A model generated the notes under the pieces. That model saw only the letters and a list, made by a program, of their open reading frames with translations. It ran no database searches and was not told the origin of the DNA. DNA of 64,000 nt from an uncultured virus (IMG/VR IMGVR_UViG_3300035135_002062) (Duplodnaviria; Heunggongvirae; Uroviricota; Caudoviricetes), in IMG/VR virus record IMGVR_UViG_3300035135_002062, one strand, 5' to 3'. Shown here one piece after another: positions 50,076-59,483 of this stretch; position 1 is the first letter of the stretch, and the number at the start of each line of letters is the position of its first letter. The position numbers and the translations under genes are program-made.

Positions 50076-52130
50076 TTAAGGTACATGTACGTATATTGTG
50101 TTAGGTTGATCAAACGTAGGTGTTGGTGTTGGTGAACCAGGTGTTGAAGTTGGTGATGGTGTACTCGTTGGACCTACAGTTGCTGTTGGTTGTGGAGTTG
50201 CAGGTGGTGTGGTTGCAGTTGGTTCAGGAGTTGCATTAGGTGTACCAGTTGGACTTGGTGAAGGAGTGCCTGTTGGTGTCGGTGCAGGAGTTGATCCTGG
50301 TGTTGCAGTTGGTACTGGTGTTGATGTGGGTGCAATTGTTGGGTTAGGTGTCGGTGGTGGTATAGTTGCAGTAGGATTAGGTGTTGCCTGAGGTGTTGAT
50401 GTTGGTATAGGAGTACTTGTTGGTTCTACAGTTGCGGTTGGTTGTGGAGTTGCAGGTGGTGTATTTGTGGGGTTAGGAGTCGATGTTGGACCCTCAGTTG
50501 CCGTAGGATTAGGTGTTGCCTGAGGTGTCGCACTTGGTGCTGGTGTGGCTGTCGGTACAGGAGTTGATCCTGGTGTTGCAGTTGGTACTGGTGTACTCGT
50601 TGGTACTGGTGTTTCCTGTGGTGTTGCGGTTGGTATAGAAGTACTTGTTGGGTTAGGTGTTGGACACGCACTTAGTTGTGTTACGGTCATAATTCCGTTT
50701 GCGTCAGTAGTAATCCATCTCCAATCAGTAACAACATTCCAATTGTTGTTATTTGGATCTAAATTAATATGTAAAAACTCTTCATTGACGTAATAATTTA
50801 TACCTAAGGTTTGATCGTCTAAATAGAGTATATCGCCTGTTTGTGGATTTGTTGGACTACCTGAAGTATATAAATCGTTAGGTACTGTTGTGTTATAAAT
50901 GTTATTATTACAAATAAATGAATTTGCGTTTGAAAGAGTTGAATTTCTTGTTTCATAAGTCCCCAAATTTAATCTCGAAACTAAATTAATTGCGGATAAT
51001 GTAGATGTACTCGTCGGAGTAGGATTTGGAGTTGCCTGTGGTGTTGAAGTTGGTGGTATTGTTGACGTAGGTTCGGGTGTTGCCTGTGGTGTTGCAGTAG
51101 GTATAGGTGTACTCGTTGGACCCACAGTTGATGTCGGCACTGGTGTTGGTTCTACAGTTGCGGTTGGTTGTGGAGTTGCGGGCGGTAAATCTTCTGTTGC
51201 GGTAGGTTCAGGTGTTGCCTGAGGTGTTGCACTTGGTGCTGGTGTACTTGTTGGTCCTTCCGTTGCAGTTGGATTTGGAGTTGCTTGTGGTGTTGCACTT
51301 GGTATAGGTGTGGGATTAGGGGTTGGTTCTGCGGTCGGGTTAGGTGTTGGGTTAGGTGTTGGGTTTGGAGTAGGATTAGGAGTTGGTTCTACAGTTGCTG
51401 TTGGTGCAGGTGTACTCGTTGGTGCCTCCGTAGCGGTTGGATTAGGTGTTGCCTGAGGTGTTGATGTTGGTAATATTGTTGCTGTAGGTTCGGGTGTTGC
51501 TTGTGGTGTTGCACTTGGTGGTGGAGTGGCGGTCGGGTTAGGTGTCGGTTGTTGTGTTTGTGTTGGTATAGGAGTAGATGTAGGGTTAGGTGTCGGTTCA
51601 AATGTTGGTGCAGGGGTTGATGTTGGGTTTTGTGTTGGTGCGGGTGTGGACGTAGGAATAAAAGTAGGTTGTGGAGTAGAAGTTGGACCTAAACAACACT
51701 CATTTAATATAGTCTCTATGTTATTAAGTCTTTCCTCAATAGAATCTAATCTTGTATTTTGTTGTGTATTTACATTATTATTAGATGATGTATAACTGTT
51801 AAAATAATCACGTAAATCACTTAATTCAATATCAGACGCAAAACTATCATCTAAAGAACCTGTAAAAGTTTCGAGAGAATCTACTCGACCACCAACTGAC
51901 GAAGTGAACGTATTTAACTCATCTACTGACGAGGTTGTACTATTTACAACCAACTCTAAATCATTAAGAGATGACGTTGTTGCAAAGGAACCCGTTAAAC
52001 CACCTTCAATCTGACCTTTTATTGTGTCTAATGTTGTACTGAAAGTCTCACCATTTTGTGAAATAGGGATTAATCCACTCCCACTTGGTGTTAAATTTGA
52101 ATTTAAATCCGATATCTTTTTAAACGCCAT
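50076..52130 (-). CDS. Fibre-like protein: KKISDL N-terminus, coiled coil, two long Pro/Thr tracts
   Basis: Composition and module context. Confidence 0.6.
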   Translation of the reverse strand: MAFKKISDLNSNLTPSGSGLIPISQNGETFSTTLDTIKGQIEGGLTGSFATTSSLNDLELVVNSTTSSVDELNTFTSSVGGRVDSLETFTGSLDDSFASDIELSDLRDYFNSYTSSNNNVNTQQNTRLDSIEERLNNIETILNECCLGPTSTPQPTFIPTSTPAPTQNPTSTPAPTFEPTPNPTSTPIPTQTQQPTPNPTATPPPSATPQATPEPTATILPTSTPQATPNPTATEAPTSTPAPTATVEPTPNPTPNPTPNPTPNPTAEPTPNPTPIPSATPQATPNPTATEGPTSTPAPSATPQATPEPTATEDLPPATPQPTATVEPTPVPTSTVGPTSTPIPTATPQATPEPTSTIPPTSTPQATPNPTPTSTSTLSAINLVSRLNLGTYETRNSTLSNANSFICNNNIYNTTVPNDLYTSGSPTNPQTGDILYLDDQTLGINYYVNEEFLHINLDPNNNNWNVVTDWRWITTDANGIMTVTQLSACPTPNPTSTSIPTATPQETPVPTSTPVPTATPGSTPVPTATPAPSATPQATPNPTATEGPTSTPNPTNTPPATPQPTATVEPTSTPIPTSTPQATPNPTATIPPPTPNPTIAPTSTPVPTATPGSTPAPTPTGTPSPSPTGTPNATPEPTATTPPATPQPTATVGPTSTPSPTSTPGSPTPTPTFDQPNTIYVHVP
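51019..51082. repeat. 64-bp exact direct repeat, copy 1
   Basis: Identical to 54381-54444. Confidence 0.9.
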
Positions 52131-52143
52131 TCTTATAAATATT

Positions 52144-53172
52144 TTAGAAAATTAATATGTCCTCATTTTCTGTGTGGACTGCGTCAGTATTTGTTGTTTG
52201 GTTATCACCATCAACATCCTGTTCATAAATTATTGTGTTATCACTATACGGAGTAATTGATGTTTCTTCACATGGTTCAACACACTCAACAATCTCAAAA
52301 TATGGTGATGATAGTGTTAAATAATGGTCTTTGACTTGTAAAGCGTTCATGGGTTGTTCAAAATACTTAACTCTTTTCAAAGTGAAATTATGATCACCCA
52401 CATGAATACCACCAGATCCACTTGCACCCCCACCCCATAATTGGATAAAGGGTTGTTGTCCCCTACTTGAAGGAATTACTTCCTCCCAATCTTCTAATTT
52501 GTAGATTGGCCAACCATTTAAATAGATTTTTAATGTACCTAACCTTGAATATCTTTCATCGTTCCAATCTTTATTTAGTACTTCAATATATTGGTAGGAT
52601 TCTGTTGAACCAGATAGGACAACATCAGACGCGTTAGTAATAGTTTCACCAGTAATTAAATCGTTCCAACTACCATCATTCTCAATATTACAATCAGTAA
52701 GTCTTAGATTTCTATCAAATACAATTGTAATATTAAAATCTTTAGATGTACCCTCTGAACATAAAACAGGTGTTTGACCTGATGAGACATAAAAATCTTC
52801 TGAATAAACTTCATTTACACATGATCCCGAATACCTGTGAGCTCTCCACTGAATTCTACCATCATCAGTAAATCGGAATGATAAATTGTTATCCGCATAT
52901 AATCTTTCATCATCTTCCTCTCTAACACCCCAAAAATAAAAAGGACCACCTTCTGACCATTCCTTATCTTCTTTGTTAAAAACAAAATCTAAGGTCCACC
53001 CCTTCTCTGTTCGTCTTTTAAGTAAAAAATCACAATCATCATTTGTGTGACCATCAATTCGATATGCCCATGGTTTTATTCCTAACGTTGAACTGAACCC
53101 ACAACATGAGTCAAACAATGTTCCTTGACAATCAATTAAATTGGTTGAAAAACCTGAGATCTCTAATGACAT
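52144..53172 (-). CDS. Concanavalin A/LamG-like structural protein
   Basis: WTLDFVF...ITIVFDR...LKIYLNG...VKYFEQPMNALQVKDHY. Confidence 0.55.
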   Translation of the reverse strand: MSLEISGFSTNLIDCQGTLFDSCCGFSSTLGIKPWAYRIDGHTNDDCDFLLKRRTEKGWTLDFVFNKEDKEWSEGGPFYFWGVREEDDERLYADNNLSFRFTDDGRIQWRAHRYSGSCVNEVYSEDFYVSSGQTPVLCSEGTSKDFNITIVFDRNLRLTDCNIENDGSWNDLITGETITNASDVVLSGSTESYQYIEVLNKDWNDERYSRLGTLKIYLNGWPIYKLEDWEEVIPSSRGQQPFIQLWGGGASGSGGIHVGDHNFTLKRVKYFEQPMNALQVKDHYLTLSSPYFEIVECVEPCEETSITPYSDNTIIYEQDVDGDNQTTNTDAVHTENEDILIF

Positions 53173-53230
53173 TTTTACTTTTAACTATAAATAGTAAAAA
53201 CATCAGTTATTGTTAGTCTGAAAGTAAATT

Positions 53231-55882
53231 TTATAATGTTGGTTCTATGTTCTTATATGGGTGTGAACTTGGGAGACTACTTGTTAATCCCCATTTGTGT
53301 GCTAAGTACCCCTCTGCCTTCTCTAAATACGTCATATCTGTACCGCTTGTACCTGGCATTGATGCGTAAGCTATAAATTCACCCATCTTACCATCTAACT
53401 CCACGGATGATCTATTTCTCATCAATCTTAATTCTTGGGTTGTTTGTAATGAATTATCGTAATCATTAACAGGTGTAAACGCGTTTGAACCATCTACCCT
53501 AACACCTATTTGGTTTCCTGTTTTGTTAAACCAACAAGAGACGATGTGATATTGATTTCTTGTTAGACTTTTTAAATCCCAAGTTCGTAGGTTACCAATT
53601 GTAGAACTAATTCTATTAGTAGATAACCCGTCTAAATCCAACTCACCTGGCCATGTGTTATTAGTGGCACCCGCACTAATTGCATAGTCCCTTTTATTAG
53701 TAGTACTACTGTATTCATAACTCCATAAAGAATTTTTTGTGTTGTTCGTTGATTCAAACCTAAACACACCTAATGCAAAATGGTTACCGCTTGATACTTG
53801 CGACCTATAAGTTGTACTTTGTAGGAAATCACTATTACCATCAAAATCGAATACATTCAATCCATTTTGAGTGGATGAGTTAGTGAGTGGATTACCACCC
53901 ACCGTCATTGTATATGTCCCCGCCTTATCAGTCACCCCAAGTAAACTTGTTCCACTTCTTTGGTAATTCGAAGAGTCTGACGCATCAATCCACGCGACAG
54001 GTAAGATGTCATTGTTTGGTGACCACGCAGGTTGTGGTGTTGAAGTTGGTAATGGTGTACTTGTGGGTTGTGGTGTTGGTGGTGGTATAGTTGCAGTTGG
54101 TTCAGGTGTCGGTTGTTGTGTTTGTGTCGGAACAGGTGTAGGACATCCACATACATCAACATCGTTTATATCATTCACTGTGTGAGTTATATTCATAAAT
54201 GTTGTAGTACCTGAATAAACGTAACATGTTGTTGGGTCACTTTGTAAAGTAAGTGTTGTTCCTAAAACTGTTGGTATACCATGTAAGTTTTCAAATTCAT
54301 ATCTATCAAAGACAATATCAAAATCACCAGGTCCCCCAACGTCACATTTCACAAACCAGTGGTGATATGTTGAAGTCGCGGTAGGATTTGGAGTTGCCTG
54401 TGGTGTTGAAGTTGGTGGTATTGTTGACGTAGGTTCGGGTGTTGGCATTTGTGTAGAAGTTGGCATTGGTGTTGCCGTTGGTACTTCTGTCGCGGTTGGA
54501 TTCGGTGTGGTAGTTGGTTCGGGCGTTTGAGTACTTGTTGGTAATGGTGTTCCCGTCGGGGTTGCAGTAGGTTCTTGTGTTTCAGTAGGTATCGGAGTTG
54601 CTGTTGGGTTCGGTGTTATCGTAGGGTCAGGTGTTGACTGAGGAGTTGCACTTGGTAATGGTGTTGATGTCGGTACAGGGGTTTCCTGCGGAGTGGCGGT
54701 CGGGTTATCAGTAGGTATTGGAGTTTCTGTGTTAGTAGGTATTGGTGTTTCCGTATTTGTTGGAATTGGTGTTTCCGTACTTGTAGGTACTGGTGTTTCT
54801 GTATTAGTGGGGATTGGAGTTTCCGTACTAGTAGGTATTGGAGTTTCTGTGTTAGTAGGTTCAGGTGTTTGTGTGTTAGTAGGTTCAGGTGTTTGTGTGT
54901 TAGTAGGAATTGGAGTCTCGGTACTAGTAGGTTCTGGTGTTTCTGTATTAGTAGGAATTGGGGTCTCTGTGTTAGTAGGTTCTGGTGTTCCCGTACTTGT
55001 AGGTACTGGTGTTTCTGTATTGGTTGGATTAGGAGTTAACTCAACTGTGGATGTAGGTTCAGGTGTTTGTGTGTTAGTAGGTTCAGGTGTTTGTGTGTTA
55101 GTAGGTAAAGGTGTAGACGAAGGTATAATAGTAGGGGTTGGTGTTGCAGTACCTGTGGGTAGTGGTGTAGAAGATGGTATTATGGTTGGGGTTGGACTTG
55201 GTTCTAATTCCTGTGTTTGTGTGGGTGTAGGTGTCGGTTGTTGACCCTTAAACCCATAACTAGGTGTTGGAGTAGGTGTTGAGGTTGCAGTTGGGTTTGG
55301 TGTTGCGTTAGGGTCAAAAGTCGAAGTTGGTGTAGGTGTAGGACCAAAAGGATTTGGTACCGTGGTCGATGTCGGGGTAGGACTTGGACTTATCTCAGGT
55401 GTCGATGTCGGCCATGGAGTTGGTGTTGGTAAATCAGGATCTAATGTTACAGTAGGTGTTGGTGTGGGCGGAATAGGTTCATTATAACCACATATTTTAA
55501 AATAATGAGTTTCTTGTTCACCGTTTGGGTGTGTTAAACCTGTATATGTAAAAACATCATTATTTAATAAAATATTTTCATAATCATAGTTTTCAGTATT
55601 AAAATGTGAAACAAAATCCTCAAAAGAAACCACATAAGTTATACCTGAATAACTCTCCAAACCAGTATCTATCTCACAAAGTTTAATTGTGTCAATTTGA
55701 TTTGTGGTGTCACCCATATAATTTTCAACCGAACTGTTGATATTGAACGGTTGTGTATTAGAAAGGGTTTTTTGGTCATAATCAGTGTCAAATTCCGCAA
55801 TTGTGTAATCAAAAGTTTCGGAATTATCCAACTTAATATCCAAACTGAACCCTAAAATTCGTAAAATATCCTGACTATTCAT
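53231..55882 (-). CDS. Fibre-like protein with very long Pro/Thr tract and C-terminal LamG-like domain
   Basis: AWIDASD...FDFDG...GKMGEFIAY...[10 protein letters not shown]. Confidence 0.65.
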   Translation of the reverse strand: MNSQDILRILGFSLDIKLDNSETFDYTIAEFDTDYDQKTLSNTQPFNINSSVENYMGDTTNQIDTIKLCEIDTGLESYSGITYVVSFEDFVSHFNTENYDYENILLNNDVFTYTGLTHPNGEQETHYFKICGYNEPIPPTPTPTVTLDPDLPTPTPWPTSTPEISPSPTPTSTTVPNPFGPTPTPTSTFDPNATPNPTATSTPTPTPSYGFKGQQPTPTPTQTQELEPSPTPTIIPSSTPLPTGTATPTPTIIPSSTPLPTNTQTPEPTNTQTPEPTSTVELTPNPTNTETPVPTSTGTPEPTNTETPIPTNTETPEPTSTETPIPTNTQTPEPTNTQTPEPTNTETPIPTSTETPIPTNTETPVPTSTETPIPTNTETPIPTNTETPIPTDNPTATPQETPVPTSTPLPSATPQSTPDPTITPNPTATPIPTETQEPTATPTGTPLPTSTQTPEPTTTPNPTATEVPTATPMPTSTQMPTPEPTSTIPPTSTPQATPNPTATSTYHHWFVKCDVGGPGDFDIVFDRYEFENLHGIPTVLGTTLTLQSDPTTCYVYSGTTTFMNITHTVNDINDVDVCGCPTPVPTQTQQPTPEPTATIPPPTPQPTSTPLPTSTPQPAWSPNNDILPVAWIDASDSSNYQRSGTSLLGVTDKAGTYTMTVGGNPLTNSSTQNGLNVFDFDGNSDFLQSTTYRSQVSSGNHFALGVFRFESTNNTKNSLWSYEYSSTTNKRDYAISAGATNNTWPGELDLDGLSTNRISSTIGNLRTWDLKSLTRNQYHIVSCWFNKTGNQIGVRVDGSNAFTPVNDYDNSLQTTQELRLMRNRSSVELDGKMGEFIAYASMPGTSGTDMTYLEKAEGYLAHKWGLTSSLPSSHPYKNIEPTL
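54381..54444. repeat. 64-bp exact direct repeat, copy 2
   Basis: Identical to 51019-51082. Confidence 0.9.
54710..55105 (-). repeat. Degenerate 24-bp tandem repeats encoding P-T-(N/S)-T-(E/Q)-T-P-(E/I/V)
   Basis: For example GTGTTAGTAGGTTCAGGTGTTTGT, repeated. Confidence 0.85.
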
Positions 55883-55935
55883 ATTCTAATAAATATCTTT
55901 CATAACATTTGATATTTATAATTAAACTAGTTTCT

Positions 55936-56679
55936 ATGAATAATTTTTTAAAACAGGTTATAGAAGAGAAATTTGCGTCAAAAGCGCAACAGAGATTCTT
56001 CTATGCAAAAGCGAACGAAGAAGGGACTTCAAAGAAGGAAAAAAAGAAATGGAAAAAATATGCAGACGAACTTTCCAAGGAAACCGACTTTGATGAAATA
56101 CCCGATAAAGTTTCCCAAGAAGAAGAGGAAGTCGATGAAATTGTCGATTCAAAAGGAAATATAAAAAGGGGTAAGAAAGCAACCGATTTTCATGCGAAAG
56201 GAATAACCTCTAAGAAAACTACAGATAAAACTGTTAAAGCCATCGGTGGATCACAAGGTACACATGGTGTACATGGTACTCACACATCTTTAAGATATTG
56301 GGCTGAGAGTGACATGAGTAAATCTTTAGGATATGATGATACCCTAGGTGATGATGAAAACTTTAAAAAGGCGTATAAACATTTCACTAAGGAGTTAGGA
56401 TTAACTCATGACGATGCAATAAAAAGATTAGAAGCCATGGGGTATGATGAAAAATTACCTGATGACAAAGTTAGATTAGTCGAGAACCCCAAAAAATTTA
56501 TGAGAGACTATGTTGAAACTGTTCTAACTAAGAAAAATAAAAGTCAAGAGATTGTAAATGATTCTAAAAAAGAATTAAATCCGATCATAAAAAGACAAAT
56601 ACATTCTTTGAAGAACACATTGAAGAATAACAATCTTTCAATTAGTGACATCAAAGACCATTTAGAATCAGATGAGTAA
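55936..56679 (+). CDS. Charged hypothetical protein (FASKAQQRFFYA motif), putative internal head protein
   Basis: Start moved to MNNFLK, 16 nt after TATTTAT; first gene of the divergent plus-strand block. Confidence 0.55.
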   Translation: MNNFLKQVIEEKFASKAQQRFFYAKANEEGTSKKEKKKWKKYADELSKETDFDEIPDKVSQEEEEVDEIVDSKGNIKRGKKATDFHAKGITSKKTTDKTVKAIGGSQGTHGVHGTHTSLRYWAESDMSKSLGYDDTLGDDENFKKAYKHFTKELGLTHDDAIKRLEAMGYDEKLPDDKVRLVENPKKFMRDYVETVLTKKNKSQEIVNDSKKELNPIIKRQIHSLKNTLKNNNLSISDIKDHLESDE

Positions 56680-57160
56680 TACTAAATTAAGAGGTAGGGT
56701 TTTTAGATTACCCGATAATATATTTGATTATATCCATAAAGTGTTCACATCTTTAGAGGATAAATCTGTGGATGGTACTCAAAGAGCCAAAAACCTTTTA
56801 AGAACTCGAAATTTGAGTTATGCTCAAATTAAAAGAATTATACATGACTTAGAAAGTGGTGACCTTTCTTTAATACAATATAAACTCGCAGGAGGGGATC
56901 TTATGTTAAAGTGGGCCAAAGGATTTTTAAATGGAGAAAGAGACTTAATTAAGAACAATAAAAAGTCTAAACAAAGGGCGGACAATATCGCACAAATAGA
57001 CGATATCCGTAAAAATCCCTTTCTATCTAAACACAGTAAAAAGACGAATTATTCTATTCCAAGAAATATGATGAAGTCTAATTCAGATAAAACTTCCGTC
57101 ACTCCAATCTCATCGTTGGGTGTATTTGAAGAAGTTAATAGAATTAAAGAATTATTATAA
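56672..57160 (+). CDS. Basic hypothetical protein
   Basis: GTQRAKNL...LSYAQIKRI...GGDLMLKW; ends EEVNRIKELL. Confidence 0.55.
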   Translation: MSNTKLRGRVFRLPDNIFDYIHKVFTSLEDKSVDGTQRAKNLLRTRNLSYAQIKRIIHDLESGDLSLIQYKLAGGDLMLKWAKGFLNGERDLIKNNKKSKQRADNIAQIDDIRKNPFLSKHSKKTNYSIPRNMMKSNSDKTSVTPISSLGVFEEVNRIKELL

Positions 57161-58104
57161 TGCCAAGTCAATTAGATAAAATATCACCACAGTTTAGAAA
57201 AGAACATTTATCCCGAAATGATTATCAGGGTACTAAAAACTATGATTCAAACCATCCTAATGCCATTTCTGATGGTGATGAATTAGGAAAAGGTGAAAAT
57301 AATGGTAGAATCGGTAGTAATACAGACATTACAAATAGAAATGACAGTTTGGGGAGAAATAAATACGGACCAAATAATGGTTACGGGTTAGAAAATCCAA
57401 ACGCGATTTCAGATGGTGATGAATTCGGTAGAGGTGAGAACAACGGACAAATAGGTACTGTTACTGATATCAATCAAAGACAAGAACACATAAAAAGAAA
57501 CACATATAATTCAAATGATGGTTACAGTTCCAACCATCCGAACGCGATATCTGATGGTGACGAGTTAGGTAAAGGTGAAAACAACGGTAAGGTTGGGGGT
57601 TTAACAGACAATCAAACGAGATTAGATAATGTTACAAGAAACTTTTACAACGATCAAAACGGATATAGTGTTAATCATCCAAACGCTCTTTCAGATGGAG
57701 ATGAAAGAGGTAAAGGTGAAAACAATTCTAACATTGGTAGTCTTACTGACATCAATACAAGAACGGATTTATTAAATAGAAACCAATATAACACAGACAC
57801 TAATGGATATAGTGTAAACCATCCAAACGCAATATCCGATGGTGATGAATTAGGAAAAGGTGAAAATAGTGGTAATGTCGGGGGTCTTACAGATATTAAC
57901 ACAAGAACAGATAATCAAAATAGAAACATTTACAATGATCAGAATGGTTATGGTTTAGTTCATCCTAATGCAATCTCAGATGGTGATGAAAAAGGACGTG
58001 CCGAAAATAACACAAGTGTAGGTACATTAACAGATATTAACGAAAGAACACAACACGTTGCGAGGAACAATTACAGTAACTCAAACGGATACCCTGATTT
58101 CTAA
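57160..58104 (+). CDS. Asn/Gly/Asp-rich protein made of six 47-aa repeats
   Basis: Unit YxxxHPNAISDGDExGKGENNxxxGxxTDIxxRxxxxxRNxYNxxNG. Confidence 0.8.
   Translation: MPSQLDKISPQFRKEHLSRNDYQGTKNYDSNHPNAISDGDELGKGENNGRIGSNTDITNRNDSLGRNKYGPNNGYGLENPNAISDGDEFGRGENNGQIGTVTDINQRQEHIKRNTYNSNDGYSSNHPNAISDGDELGKGENNGKVGGLTDNQTRLDNVTRNFYNDQNGYSVNHPNALSDGDERGKGENNSNIGSLTDINTRTDLLNRNQYNTDTNGYSVNHPNAISDGDELGKGENSGNVGGLTDINTRTDNQNRNIYNDQNGYGLVHPNAISDGDEKGRAENNTSVGTLTDINERTQHVARNNYSNSNGYPDF
57241..58089 (+). repeat. Six tandem ~141-bp coding repeats
   Basis: Repeats are conserved in protein and diverged at synonymous sites; unit 4 has one extra codon. Confidence 0.85.
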
Positions 58105-58802
58105 TGAAACTATTCGAGGATATATACAAATTTTTAATTGGTGAACAAAAAGTTCCCGCGTACTTAAGGTCAAAAAGAAATAGACCTGGTACACTATCTA
58201 ACGCTGTTAGAAATAGACACCCTGTTAGTTTTTTTTATAATGGTCCCCGAGGTAAAGTACAACCAGGTAGAAGAGTAAAAGCGGAGTTAGTTGCACTTGG
58301 TTTATCAAAGAAAGGTAATATGATTGTAAGGGCATGGGTTGAACCTCCGTCAAGATCTAAAACAGGATTTGAGAAAGGTAATTGGAGAACTTTTATTGTG
58401 GCAAGGATGAACCAAATAGAAATCTTCGATGATGAGACTTTTGATGTTAAAAGACCAGGTTATAAAGAAGGGGATGATAATTCTATGAGTGTAACCTATG
58501 TTACTTCAGATTGGTCGACTACACCTGATATACCCGCAGATAGAGATCCACAACCTGAACCACAACCGCAACCTGAACCGCAACCTGAACCACAACCAGA
58601 ACCTGTTGACAGACCAGATGATCAAAATACCGATCAAGTAGAACCACAAAGAGATGAACTACCTGAACCAGAACCTGAAAATAGACCTCCTGCTGAACCA
58701 CCTGTTATTGATAACGACGACGACGACGATGAGGAAGATGATAACAACTATGATGGTTTGAATGAAAATATTAAGAGAATTAAAAGTTTACTTTATAATT
58801 AA
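58104..58802 (+). CDS. Stand-alone WYL-domain protein with Pro/acidic tail
   Basis: AVRNRHPVSFFY...GRRVKAELVALG...GNMIVRAW...WRTFIVARMNQIEI matches the WYL pattern. Confidence 0.72.
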   Translation: MKLFEDIYKFLIGEQKVPAYLRSKRNRPGTLSNAVRNRHPVSFFYNGPRGKVQPGRRVKAELVALGLSKKGNMIVRAWVEPPSRSKTGFEKGNWRTFIVARMNQIEIFDDETFDVKRPGYKEGDDNSMSVTYVTSDWSTTPDIPADRDPQPEPQPQPEPQPEPQPEPVDRPDDQNTDQVEPQRDELPEPEPENRPPAEPPVIDNDDDDDEEDDNNYDGLNENIKRIKSLLYN

Positions 58803-58841
58803 AAATAAAATACTTATACTTAAAATATAAATTTAAAAAAC

Positions 58842-59438
58842 ATGCAAGAACCTGTACCAGTACCAAAAGAAGATCTCATGAGGAGATTGGTAAATGCAAA
58901 AAAAGTTATGAATAAAGTCGACGGAGGAGATTTTACTAAAGGTAATATTGATCCTACCGCTCTACAACAAAACCAAAGTGACTTGGTATCTGATGTACCC
59001 AAACAAAATGTAAGAAATGTGGCTAGTAATGTTGTTAATGAAGATAAGATTAGAAATTCTAAATTACCTGACGCAATCAAACAAGCCATGATTGACAACC
59101 CAATACCTACCGTGGATAATATTTCACTAAGTGATAATTTAGATCTTTCAATTGTGGAAGGGGCAAAAAAACTTATGGAAAAAGAAGGATTATCCTCGAC
59201 GACGCAAAAAGTACCCACACTTCAAACACAACCTACCCCTAACGTAGGTGGAGACATAAAATCTATTATAAAGGAAACTATCAAAGAAACCTTAGAGGAA
59301 ATTGTTGATAGGAAATTAGAATTAATATTGACCGCATCTCAAACCGCGTCAATTAACGAGAATTTAGTTCTCAAAGTCGGAGACTCGATATTCAAAGGAA
59401 AAATTACAGGAGTTAATAAAGCAAAGAAAAAGGATTGA
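58842..59438 (+). CDS. Hypothetical protein (198 aa)
   Basis: NSKLPDAIKQAMIDNPI; C-terminal LKVGDSIFKGKI. Confidence 0.55.
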   Translation: MQEPVPVPKEDLMRRLVNAKKVMNKVDGGDFTKGNIDPTALQQNQSDLVSDVPKQNVRNVASNVVNEDKIRNSKLPDAIKQAMIDNPIPTVDNISLSDNLDLSIVEGAKKLMEKEGLSSTTQKVPTLQTQPTPNVGGDIKSIIKETIKETLEEIVDRKLELILTASQTASINENLVLKVGDSIFKGKITGVNKAKKKD

Positions 59439-59483
59439 TTTCCTCCCTTTTTTTTCTTACTTTTTGATATATACAAGTAATAT

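Noticed and set aside
51019..54444. Diversity-generating retroelement TR/VR pair
   Set aside because: The copies are identical with no adenine-specific mismatches, and no reverse transcriptase is in the window
50209..55244. Plus-strand Val/Gly-rich ORFs (e.g. 54693-55244, 51526-51795)
   Set aside because: Antisense shadows of Pro/Thr codon repeats
57241..58089. CRISPR array
   Set aside because: Repeats are degenerate at wobble positions, in frame and protein-coding; no cas genes are present
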